DNA of 44,041 bases from an uncultured Bacilli bacterium. GTDB taxonomy: Bacteria; Bacillota_I; Bacilli_A; RF39; UBA660. A program made the position numbers and the translations under genes. The stretch covers positions 1 through 44,041 of the forward strand of contig CAKOMU010000001.1 of the NCBI GenBank assembly GCA_934096755.1. Direction: 5' to 3'. Of the stretch, positions 25,798 through 34,402 are shown piece after piece. Within the stretch, counting starts at the first letter, position 1. The number at the start of each line of letters is the position of its first letter. The notes below the pieces were generated by a model that saw only the letters and a program-made list of their open reading frames with translations, did no database searches and was not told the origin of the DNA.

Positions 25798-26838
25798 CTA
25801 TTTTTTGTTGATAGTTTCATTTGTTGATGAACTTTTTTTAGTTTTAAAAAATAATAATAAAAATAGAATAATGATAAATCCTAATAAAATAAAAGGAAAG
25901 ACTTTATAAATAGCAATAGAATTATAAAAGTTATTAGCAACGATTTTATTGGTTAGTAAAAGTATTAAAATTGATAAAATAAAGGAAATTATGTTTTTTT
26001 GCAAATTTAATGTTTCTTTGATTTGGACACTTATTAAAGAGAGAGAAATAAATAAATCAAAGAACCAACTGACACTGATAAAATTTTCAATATTTTCGAC
26101 GAATTGAAAGAAACTAATTTTTCTTAAAATAGCATATTCTGGATAACTATAAATACTGACCATTTCTCCTAAAATGAAAATAATTGTTAATATAACTATA
26201 AGATTGGCAAAGGCAGCGATTAAATAGTATTTTAACGATTCTTTGAAAGTGGTTTTGTTACCTAAATTAATTAGAAAAGGGGCAGTGGATAAAATACAGT
26301 AAATGCCACTAGATTTAAAAAGATTAGAGGTACTTGTCATCATAATGGGGAATATATTACTGACTTTAAGTTCGTTAGTTAGTAACAAAGTTTTAGTAAT
26401 TATTGTTAATATACTTAATATAAAAAGAATAAAGGCTATATAATAAATATTTTTAATTTTTTTGCCATTAAGGTAAAAAGCAAGAAAAATAAAGGGAAGA
26501 CATGACATGATGGTAGGTGTAAAAGGAAGAAAATAGGAATGAATGAAAGTAGATAATATGATAAGAATGATAAAGGTAGTAAATAAAAGATATAGGATAT
26601 AAATTATTTTAAAGATGATATTTAAAATATTATTTTCTCTTAAGCAGTGATTTAAGCTTGGAGAAATTTTCTTTTGAAAATAAGAAAATAAATATAAAAT
26701 ACCAATACCTAAGAGTGTTCCTAGGATGCATGCAATGTAAGAATCTTTGTTACTATATAAAAACATCATCGAAATTCCACCACCTAGAAAAAGAGTTCGA
26801 CTAAGAAAATAAGTGAAGATATTTGTGTTAGTTTTCAT
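25798..26838 (-). CDS. Spore germination protein, GerAB/GerKB-type permease subunit
   Basis: A polytopic membrane protein of about 10 TM, last gene of an operon with the GerA- and GerC-type subunits. Its start overlaps the preceding gene. Confidence 0.75.
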   Translation of the reverse strand: MKTNTNIFTYFLSRTLFLGGGISMMFLYSNKDSYIACILGTLLGIGILYLFSYFQKKISPSLNHCLRENNILNIIFKIIYILYLLFTTFIILIILSTFIHSYFLPFTPTIMSCLPFIFLAFYLNGKKIKNIYYIAFILFILSILTIITKTLLLTNELKVSNIFPIMMTSTSNLFKSSGIYCILSTAPFLINLGNKTTFKESLKYYLIAAFANLIVILTIIFILGEMVSIYSYPEYAILRKISFFQFVENIENFISVSWFFDLFISLSLISVQIKETLNLQKNIISFILSILILLLTNKIVANNFYNSIAIYKVFPFILLGFIIILFLLLFFKTKKSSSTNETINKK

Positions 26839-27901
26839 TTTGCACCTCGTAAATTATCCCTTTTTTATTTATTTTAAATTCAATGTTACTAGTTATGTCT
26901 AGAGATTTCCATATATAATCATTTTTAGATCGATTTTTAGCATAATACTTTTGACTTAACCCTAAAATGTCAGTTCCTTTAAGTTGAATTGTTTTGATGA
27001 AATTAAAAATTAGTTGATTTATTTCTTGAGAAAAACTTTGATTAATTTTTTGAAGATTATCTAAATTACGAATATCAATATTATCAATATTATCGATTAT
27101 TTTGCCATAAAGATTACCAGAGACAGTTATTTTATTTTCGTCTATTTCTATTTGCGGTTTACCAGTTAGAATTGAAATAGTAAAATTTTTATCCTTATTG
27201 GTAATAATTGGTCGATAGAAATTGGATGTTAAAATATTGTACATTTTGGCATCATCGTTAGTGAGTTGAGAGTTATAATCAAAGTTGTGAAAAGTGGTTA
27301 ACCCATCGATTAAAAATTCTTTATCATTTAAAGAAATATTTGTAAAACATGTATCTAAACCAAAGGTGATTATTTCTGCAATGATTTGATCAAAACTTTT
27401 TAAAACACTAATGTCTGAAGAGTATTTATTGTTTTCTAAAGAATCAATTAATGCTGTACTGGCGATAGGAGATTCATTAGTGGTATTATTTAAAATTTCA
27501 CTTGGTTTATTTTGAAAAGTAGAAATGACATAAAAGTTTTCACGGAAATAAGTACTTCTTAAAAAATAATCCATAATGTTACTAAATTGTTTTTTAACGA
27601 TATTTTCGCTGATTACCATCAGTTTGATATGACTATAGTTGGCTTGGTGGGTTAATTTATCACTAGCATTGTTAATGGCTTCTGCTAGAGTTTTACCACT
27701 TGCTGTTTTAGTATAAGAGGTGATTTTGGCAGATTTTTTGTCTATTTTATCGTTTAATATTTCAAATGTTACTTGATATTTATCTTCTTCATAATCAATT
27801 CCAATTGCACTTATAATAGCTAATTTTTCTATTTCTTTATAATCATAACATCCTGTTGTTAGTGTTAAAAATAAAATTATTAAAATCAGTAATCTTTTCA
27901 T
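26828..27901 (-). CDS. Spore germination lipoprotein, Ger(x)C family
   Basis: Lipobox LTLTTGC followed by YDYKEIEKLAIISAIGIDY, which is typical of GerAC N-termini. Confidence 0.8.
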   Translation of the reverse strand: MKRLLILIILFLTLTTGCYDYKEIEKLAIISAIGIDYEEDKYQVTFEILNDKIDKKSAKITSYTKTASGKTLAEAINNASDKLTHQANYSHIKLMVISENIVKKQFSNIMDYFLRSTYFRENFYVISTFQNKPSEILNNTTNESPIASTALIDSLENNKYSSDISVLKSFDQIIAEIITFGLDTCFTNISLNDKEFLIDGLTTFHNFDYNSQLTNDDAKMYNILTSNFYRPIITNKDKNFTISILTGKPQIEIDENKITVSGNLYGKIIDNIDNIDIRNLDNLQKINQSFSQEINQLIFNFIKTIQLKGTDILGLSQKYYAKNRSKNDYIWKSLDITSNIEFKINKKGIIYEVQNEN

Positions 27902-29328
27902 TTTTCCTCCTTTTGTTTAGTGTAATTATGTTTAGTGAATAAAGTGCTTCTTTGAGTATTTTTTACTAATTCTTCTTTTAGAACTGTATTTTGAAAGTAT
28001 TCTTTGTTAAATGGAGAAATAGGGGCGAAAAATGGTTTTTGAAATGATTGAGTGTTAATTGTATAAATGAGAAAATAAAATAAACCTAATGTTAAACCGT
28101 ATAAACCAAAAAAGCCACTAAATAAAATGAAGATAAAACGAAAATAGCGAAGGGCATTATTTAATTCAATAGTAGTGAAGGTTAGACTAGAAATAAAAGT
28201 GATAGCAATAACAATAATCGTGATAGGACTAGCAATACCAGCAGAAACAGAGGCTTCACCTAGAACGATAGCTCCTAGAATGGAAATAGCTGATCCATAA
28301 CTAGAAGGGAAACGTAGATCACTTTCTCTTAAAATTTCACAAACAATAAGCATAATCGTGGTTTCCACTATGGTAGGGAATGGAACTCCACCTCGTTCAA
28401 TTGCAAAATTGAGAAGTAAATTAGTGGGAATAGTTTCTTGATTATAATTCATTAGAGCAATATAAAAAGCTGGGGCAATCATCGAAATTAGAAAAGCGCT
28501 TAGTCTTAGAATCTTAATAAAATTAATGTTCTTGCTTTTATTGTAGTTATCTATGTTAGGATTAATAAAATCAATAAAAAAAGCTGGGACGATTAAAACA
28601 AAAGGTGAAGTGTCTATAACAATTGCTATTTTTCCTTCTAAAAGAGCGGTGGCTACCAGATCAGGTCTTTCAGTTTGCTGATAAGTTGGATAAACTGATT
28701 TATTTTCTCCATCTAAAAGAAAGCCTATAGAACTGGAATCAATTATGCCATCGATGTCGATTTTATGTAATTTCGTTATTATTTTGTTGACCATATCTAA
28801 GCTGGCGATGTCTTCAAAATAAAGAACACTGATATTAGTTTTGGTCTTTCTACCAATGATACATGATTGAGTCTTTAAAGTGTTACTTTTAATTCGGCGT
28901 TTGATAAGGCCTAGATTAATTTGAATATTTTCAGTAAAAGCATCTTTAGGACCATTGATTGAAGATTCCACACTACTTTGTTCTACGGCACGATTGATGT
29001 CTGCTTTTGTTTCAACAGCGATGATTGTTTCATTTAAAATAACTAGTGTAAAACCATTAGTTAAATAAAATTCACATTGATCTGTTTCTTGAATTTTGAT
29101 AGTATTAGGAGATGCTAGAAAACTTTCAATGTTGTGAGAAGTGATTTGATCTTTAACTAAAACTAAATTTTTTAAAATATAGTCGTTTACCTTGTTACTA
29201 CTACTAACTGTTTCTAAGTAAACTAAATAAATGGTTTTAAAAAAATTTCCTTTTAAAGATTTGACAATCAAATCTGGACTATTATTAAATTCTTTTTGTA
29301 ATTTATCGATTAATTTCAAGGGTATCAC
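27898..29328 (-). CDS. Spore germination protein, GerAA/GerKA-type subunit
   Basis: GTG start. The architecture is conserved GerA-family, with a soluble N-domain and then 5-6 TM segments (PFPTIVETTIMLIVCEILRES). Confidence 0.85.
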   Translation of the reverse strand: MIPLKLIDKLQKEFNNSPDLIVKSLKGNFFKTIYLVYLETVSSSNKVNDYILKNLVLVKDQITSHNIESFLASPNTIKIQETDQCEFYLTNGFTLVILNETIIAVETKADINRAVEQSSVESSINGPKDAFTENIQINLGLIKRRIKSNTLKTQSCIIGRKTKTNISVLYFEDIASLDMVNKIITKLHKIDIDGIIDSSSIGFLLDGENKSVYPTYQQTERPDLVATALLEGKIAIVIDTSPFVLIVPAFFIDFINPNIDNYNKSKNINFIKILRLSAFLISMIAPAFYIALMNYNQETIPTNLLLNFAIERGGVPFPTIVETTIMLIVCEILRESDLRFPSSYGSAISILGAIVLGEASVSAGIASPITIIVIAITFISSLTFTTIELNNALRYFRFIFILFSGFFGLYGLTLGLFYFLIYTINTQSFQKPFFAPISPFNKEYFQNTVLKEELVKNTQRSTLFTKHNYTKQKEEK

Positions 29329-29385
29329 CAGTTATATTATTTACCAAATAGTGGTAGTTATGCTAAAATGTTTTTAGGGATGTTT

Positions 29386-30573
29386 ATGAAGTTAAAAATA
29401 GAAAAATATGATGATTTTGGTCGAGGAATAGGTTTTTTAAATAATAAAATTACGTTTGTACCTAATACAGTTGTTGGTGATTTAGTCTTGGTCGATATAG
29501 TAAAAGAAAAATCTAGATACAATGTGGGTAAAATGCGACAAATTATTGAACCATCAATAGATAGAATTCAAGCTCATTGTCCATATTTTACAATATGTGG
29601 TGGTTGTGTGTATCAAAATATTACTTATCAAAACAGCGTGAAAATTAAAAAAGAAATGGTTAAAAATTATTTTCAAAAAGAAGGACTAGTTATCAATCCT
29701 GAAATAGTTTTAAATCCTAATCCTAATCATTATCGCAATAAAATTACTTTAAAAATTAAGGATGGTCAACTGGGTTATTTTAAAAGTGATTCACATGAAT
29801 TAGTAAAAATTGATATGTGTTCTTTGGCTAAGGAAAGTATTAATGAAGTAATCAGGATAGTTAATAATTTGGGAGTAAGTAATGGAGAGATTATATTACG
29901 TAGTAACTATCAGGATCAAATATTAGTAATTATTAAAACTAAAGAAACAATAAAAAATAAATATTTAAATTTAAATAAAAATATTATTGGGATTGTTGTA
30001 AATGATAAATTAGTAATGGGACAAGATTATTTTTTAGAATCAGTCAATGATTTTAAATATAAAGTAAGTTATAATTCGTTTTTTCAAGTTAATTTGGCAG
30101 TGGCTCAAAAAATGTTTAATTTGGTAAAGGAATATATAAATGAAAAAGATATAGTGCTCGATTTATATTCAGGTGTAGGGACATTTAGTTTGACGTCCAG
30201 TGGTGCTAAAACTGTATATGGAGTAGAAATTGTGCAAAATGCAGTTTTAAATGCTCGAGAAAATGCAGTAAATAATAATGTGTTTAATACTCATTTTATT
30301 TTGAGTGATGCTAAAGATGTTTTAAAGTTTAACCAATATTTTAATAAGTTAATTTTGGATCCACCAAGAGCGGGAGTAAGTAATGAAGTAATTGAATTTA
30401 TTAAAGCAAAGAAGCCGGAGATGATTATTTATGTCTCTTGTGATTATCATACGCAAGCACGAGATATTAAATTATTAGAAAATGATTATACAATTATTAA
30501 AAGTTATATTTGTGATATGTTTTCTTATACATATCATGTGGAATGTGTGATTTTACTACAAAGGAAAGATTAG
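29386..30573 (+). CDS. rlmD: 23S rRNA (uracil-C5)-methyltransferase, RumA/RlmD/RlmCD family
   Basis: I prefer the start at MKLKIEKYDD (ATG 29386), which has SD AGGGA 5 nt upstream. A TRAM-like N-terminus is followed by Cys cluster CPYFTICGGC, SAM motif LDLYSGVG, DPPRAG and the catalytic YVSCD. Confidence 0.88.
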   Translation: MKLKIEKYDDFGRGIGFLNNKITFVPNTVVGDLVLVDIVKEKSRYNVGKMRQIIEPSIDRIQAHCPYFTICGGCVYQNITYQNSVKIKKEMVKNYFQKEGLVINPEIVLNPNPNHYRNKITLKIKDGQLGYFKSDSHELVKIDMCSLAKESINEVIRIVNNLGVSNGEIILRSNYQDQILVIIKTKETIKNKYLNLNKNIIGIVVNDKLVMGQDYFLESVNDFKYKVSYNSFFQVNLAVAQKMFNLVKEYINEKDIVLDLYSGVGTFSLTSSGAKTVYGVEIVQNAVLNARENAVNNNVFNTHFILSDAKDVLKFNQYFNKLILDPPRAGVSNEVIEFIKAKKPEMIIYVSCDYHTQARDIKLLENDYTIIKSYICDMFSYTYHVECVILLQRKD

Positions 30574-30832
30574 TAGAAATGCTTAATTTTCAAACATTTG
30601 CAGACTATTATAGATTTCTAAAAGTAGATGAAAATAGTCGTTTAAGAGTACTAGAAAATAAAATTTTAGTAAGTGTATGTACGACATTAGAATAAGGAAA
30701 CACATGACTAAATCACTAATAAATATAATTAAAAAAGAATTTTAATGATGTATTCCTAGACCTAATATATTTATTAAAATATGATATTAAATTTAAGTTA
30801 GATGATTAAAAGACGGTGTTAATTATGCTATA

Positions 30833-31234
30833 ATGATTATTATAGGAGGTAGTCATTATGAAAGATGTGTTTTTTGCGAACAATTTATACCAAATAGAAA
30901 ACCATTATTTGAAAATAACTTGGCTATTGCGTATCTCGATGAATTTCCAGTTAGTAAAGGACACACACTAATTATTACAAAAAGACATGCTGAAACATTT
31001 TTTGATATAACTGATGAAGAGCAAATTGCAATAATTGAATTATTAAATAAGTGCAAAAAATATATAGATAAAAAATGTAATCCTGATGGATATAATGTTG
31101 GATTAAATTGTGGTGAGTCAGCAGGACAAAGTGTTATGCATATACATATGCATTTAATTCCTAGATATAAAGGTGATGTTGATGATCCATGTGGTGGCGT
31201 TAGAGGAGTAATACCGAATAAAAAAAATTATTAA
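30833..31234 (+). CDS. HIT-family (histidine triad) protein; start region anomalous, possible pseudogene
   Basis: CVFCE, FPVSKGHTLIITKRH and HIHMHLIP motifs. The only in-frame ATG (30833) has no SD and overlaps a TGCTATAAT extended -10 (30826-30834). The AGGAGG-N8-ATG at 30858 is in the adjacent frame. Confidence 0.6.
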   Translation: MIIIGGSHYERCVFCEQFIPNRKPLFENNLAIAYLDEFPVSKGHTLIITKRHAETFFDITDEEQIAIIELLNKCKKYIDKKCNPDGYNVGLNCGESAGQSVMHIHMHLIPRYKGDVDDPCGGVRGVIPNKKNY

Positions 31235-31246
31235 GGAGAATTGAAA

Positions 31247-31575
31247 ATGGAAAGAATATATAATAAATTAGTAAGAGATAAAATTCCAAACATAATAAAA
31301 GAAAAAAGAGAAACACCAGTTGTAAGAATATTAGATGAAATTGAATATAAAAATGAATTGGAAAAAAATTATATGAAGAATATAAAGAAGTAATTGAAGC
31401 AACAGGCGATGATCGAGTAGAGGAATTGGCTGATATGTTAGAAGTAATTAGAGCATTAGCTAATTTAGAAAATAAAAATTTAAATGAAGTTATAGCAATT
31501 GCAGATAAAAAAAATGAAAAACGTGGTGCTTTTGAAGAAAAGATTTTTCTTGAAAAAGTTATTGAAAAAGAATAA
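31247..31575 (+). pseudogene. MazG-like or phosphoribosyl-ATP pyrophosphohydrolase-like NTP pyrophosphatase, split by a 1-nt frameshift in an A7 run
   Basis: The first frame reads MERIYNKLVRDKIPNIIKEKRETPVVRILDEIEYKNELEK and stops at TAA 31391-31393. The -1 frame continues LYEEYKEVIEATGDDRVEELADMLEVIRALA...EKRGAFEEKIFLEKV to TAA 31573-31575. The two frames join cleanly if A7 (31362-31368) were A8. SD AAGGAG lies 8 nt before ATG 31247. Confidence 0.7.
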
Positions 31576-31736
31576 AAAAATTATACTATATTATAAAAAT
31601 CAAATTTAAAAATTAATTATTAAAAAGTAAATATATTAGTCAATAGGTTAATATCTAGTAAAGTATCTAATTAAATAAAACACGTTAAAAATAAGGGATA
31701 GATGGTTTTTTATACAACATTTTTGACGTAGTTTTA

Positions 31737-31838
31737 CTACATATTTACTATTGGCAATGATGTGATACAGTATAGTAGAATATGAAATAATTGTATTTTA
31801 AGTGCTAATCTTAGGTCAGAGATTAGTATTTTTTTCAT
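31737..31838 (-). CDS. Candidate 33-aa small ORF (MKKILISDLRLALKIQLFHILLYCITSLPIVNM)
   Basis: SD AGAGG (31846-31850, minus strand) lies 7 nt before the ATG, and the frame is open to TAG. The peptide is moderately hydrophobic. It is fully overlapped by a possible + strand promoter-to-terminator unit. No other support. Confidence 0.25.
   Translation of the reverse strand: MKKILISDLRLALKIQLFHILLYCITSLPIVNM
31803..31835 (+). terminator. Rho-independent terminator, + strand only
   Basis: TGCTAATCT / AGATTAGTA form a 9-bp stem with one G.U pair and loop TAGGTCAG, followed by T7. On the minus strand no U-run follows. Confidence 0.65.
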
Positions 31839-31950
31839 CTTTTGACCTCTTAAATTTAATTTTTATGGCCGAACTTTAGGCCATTATTTATCTAAAAAAC
31901 TATTAAAATTTGGTCGAAAATTGAGAAAAGCTTATTAAAAAAGTGTGTAC

Positions 31951-31997
31951 GTGATATGAACCTCGTTTCTATGTCCAAGAAACGGGGTTCATATCAC
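31951..31997 (+). other. Orphan 20-bp-stem hairpin in a non-coding region
   Basis: GTGATATGAACCTCGTTTCT pairs with AGAAACGGGGTTCATATCAC through loop ATGTCCA. That gives 19 Watson-Crick pairs plus one T.G pair (31963 with 31985). The T.G is a wobble only in + strand RNA. Confidence 0.8.
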
Positions 31998-32055
31998 TTG
32001 TGCTAGGGTAAGTACAGATTCTGATGAACAAAAGAATAGTTATTAGTTTGATAAA

Positions 32056-32087
32056 ATAGGCATCATAAAAGATGTTCTATTTTTTTT
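32056..32087 (+). terminator. Terminator-like hairpin plus T8 upstream of srtB
   Basis: ATAGGCATC / GATGTTCTAT stem with one wobble and one bulge, loop ATAAAA, followed by T8. Confidence 0.4.
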
Positions 32088-32158
32088 CTAAAAAAGGGGA
32101 ATAAATTAAAGACTTCATGCATATAATTATAGTGCAGTAAAATATTGTAGGAGGAACT

Positions 32159-32866
32159 GTGCATGTAAATACAAAAAGAATTGTATTGTTTTTGATTTTG
32201 GGTTTAATAATTTCTGGTTTTATTTTTAAGGGTAGTGTTTTAAGTGATCATCATATTTATGTAAATGGTAATGGTAATGAAGTACAAAAGACCATTAGTT
32301 ACGTTTCACGAGTGAAAAGTTTGCAAAAAAAACATCATAATCAAGATATTGTAGGATTTTTCACTATTCCTGGAACTGATATTGATGAACCAGTGCCTCA
32401 AGGTGAAGATAATGAATTTTATTTGAGTCATGATATAAATAAAGAAAAAAATTTAATTGGATCTGTATTCTTAGATTATAGAGTGAAAATAAATGAACGT
32501 AAGAATTTAATTTATAGTCATAACTCTAGTACATTAGATGTGCCATTTAAAGAATTAGAAAATTATTATCAAGAAGATTATTTTAAAGCTCATCAAAAGA
32601 TTATCTTGGAAGATACTAAAGGAAAACAAGAATATCAAATTTTTTCTATTTTTGTAGAAACTAGTGATTGGCAGTTTATGAAAGTGAAATTTACGGAATC
32701 TCAATGGTTGGAACACTTAAAGTACTTAGAAAATAAATCATGGTTTAAAACACAAAATGAATGGAGCAATCAAGATGAAATTTTAATTTTACAGACTTGT
32801 AGTCATCATCAAGATTATCAAAATTATGAACGTAAATATTTGGTAATAGCAGCAAAAAAGATTTAA
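32159..32866 (+). CDS. srtB: Class B sortase
   Basis: GTG start with AGGAGG upstream and an N-terminal TM. FFTIPGTDIDEPVPQGEDNEFYLSHD and GSVFLDYR match, with catalytic residues in IYSHNS (His), LILQTCS (Cys) and RKYLV (Arg). Confidence 0.85.
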   Translation: MHVNTKRIVLFLILGLIISGFIFKGSVLSDHHIYVNGNGNEVQKTISYVSRVKSLQKKHHNQDIVGFFTIPGTDIDEPVPQGEDNEFYLSHDINKEKNLIGSVFLDYRVKINERKNLIYSHNSSTLDVPFKELENYYQEDYFKAHQKIILEDTKGKQEYQIFSIFVETSDWQFMKVKFTESQWLEHLKYLENKSWFKTQNEWSNQDEILILQTCSHHQDYQNYERKYLVIAAKKI

Positions 32867-32917
32867 AGGTATTAGAAAGAAAAAAACAGAATATTATATT
32901 GGTAAGAAGGAGGATAT

Positions 32918-34342
32918 ATGCAAAAATTAAAAGGATGTTTGCTGTTTTTGGTAGTACTTTTAGGAGGGGTTGTATTAAATGTTAAAGCTTTATCAAAATG
33001 GGATGCTAAAAAAGAAGATTTAATGAATACATCAAGTGATATTTCGGTTAATCTAACAGGTGATAAAATTATTTATACCATACCAGAAAATTATGACGGA
33101 AAGAAAATTTATTTAAATGTCAGTCAAGATGTTGCTAAAATAACTAATGGAACCTATGTGCCTGGGCAATCTAAACCATTTTCTATTGGTATTGTCAATA
33201 ATTCAAAATATACATTTAATTATTTGAATGATTCTTTAAAATTTACTACAGGTAGTATGAAAGAATTAGGAGATAATAATAGTTTTTATCAATATGATAT
33301 TAATGGTCAAATTAGTGGTATTTATGTCAAAAATTCTCAAGCTTTTGATGGACAATTAATTGCTGCTGATTGGTCGATTAATCGAACTCTTAATGATGCT
33401 TTAAAAAAACTTTATTTAGCTTCTACTAGTCTTAAAAGGGAAAAAGTAGGTAATACTTGGAAATATGTTTATTATTTTACAGATGGTACTAATTGTAATT
33501 TTGGAACATCTTGGAGTGCTAATGTTTGTAATAAAATGCTTACAGATGATACTTTGGCTCAAGAATTAATTAGTCAAGGCTATAAAGGCGGAATTCTTGA
33601 TTTAGATAAGTATTATTTAGATTATTATAATAAATTATTTAGTACTAATGTAAAAACTTTAGAAGAATTACCAGAAAAGGCAATTTATGGTTATCGTGAT
33701 TCTGTCAATCAATATTTAGGCGGTATTTTAAATGGAGAAAGATATAAAAATCGTGAAACTAATGCTACAGTTAGTGCCTTAGGTTATAATTGGTTTTATA
33801 ATAAAGGTATTGGTTTTTATCCTATTGAAGATATATCAGGTAATCAGTTAAATGCTAAAAATACCAAAGATAAAAATTTTTATTTAGGTAATTATATGCG
33901 TAAGGAAAATGATGTTACAGAAAAAGTATTTAGAAAAGATTTAGGTATTATTAAGAGTAATACTGAAGCCAGTGTAACACCAATTATGATGTTAATAGAT
34001 TTTACGTATGTTGTAAATGCACATCAAAGTATGGAATTTGCTTTTAATATGGCTTTGGAATTAGAAAGAAAAACAGGAAAACTAATTGTAAATTATGTCG
34101 ATCTAGATGGAAATAAACTGATAAATTCAATTACGAGTGAAGAAGAAGTAGGTAGTAAATATGTTACAGAACAAAAAGAATTTACAGGTTATCAATTTGT
34201 AAAAGTGGTAAATGAACCTAGTGGTAGTTATATTGATGGAACTATTGAAGTTACTTATGTTTATAAAAAAGTAACTAATCAAGTGTTTGAAGAAATAGAA
34301 GAACCAGAAATTTTACCACCAGATACTAATGTTGAATTATAA
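32918..34342 (+). CDS. Secreted MucBP-domain surface protein with no complete sorting signal
   Basis: Signal peptide LLFLVVLLGGVVLNVKA. The C-terminal domain GKLIVNYVDLDGNKL...GSKYVTEQKEFTGYQFV...VTYVYKK is MucBP-like. The protein ends ...EILPPDTNVEL* with no hydrophobic tail. Confidence 0.7.
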   Translation: MQKLKGCLLFLVVLLGGVVLNVKALSKWDAKKEDLMNTSSDISVNLTGDKIIYTIPENYDGKKIYLNVSQDVAKITNGTYVPGQSKPFSIGIVNNSKYTFNYLNDSLKFTTGSMKELGDNNSFYQYDINGQISGIYVKNSQAFDGQLIAADWSINRTLNDALKKLYLASTSLKREKVGNTWKYVYYFTDGTNCNFGTSWSANVCNKMLTDDTLAQELISQGYKGGILDLDKYYLDYYNKLFSTNVKTLEELPEKAIYGYRDSVNQYLGGILNGERYKNRETNATVSALGYNWFYNKGIGFYPIEDISGNQLNAKNTKDKNFYLGNYMRKENDVTEKVFRKDLGIIKSNTEASVTPIMMLIDFTYVVNAHQSMEFAFNMALELERKTGKLIVNYVDLDGNKLINSITSEEEVGSKYVTEQKEFTGYQFVKVVNEPSGSYIDGTIEVTYVYKKVTNQVFEEIEEPEILPPDTNVEL

Positions 34343-34402
34343 AGTTATTTAGAAGAACTCATGAAGTTCTTTTTTAGTGAATATAATTTTAACGAGGTTA
34401 AA

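Noticed and set aside
30579-30695. 38-aa ORF MLNFQTFADYYRFLKVDENSRLRVLENKILVSVCTTLE right after rlmD
   Set aside because: It has no SD and no recognisable family, and I could not find a duplication of the rlmD 3' end or att-like repeats by eye. I kept it only as context for the decaying islet.
31943-32020. Group II intron remnant (GTGTG at 31943 followed by a long hairpin resembling domain V)
   Set aside because: The hairpin has a 20-bp uninterrupted stem with no AGC triad, no 2-nt bulge and no GNRA loop. No reverse-transcriptase ORF or other intron domains are nearby.
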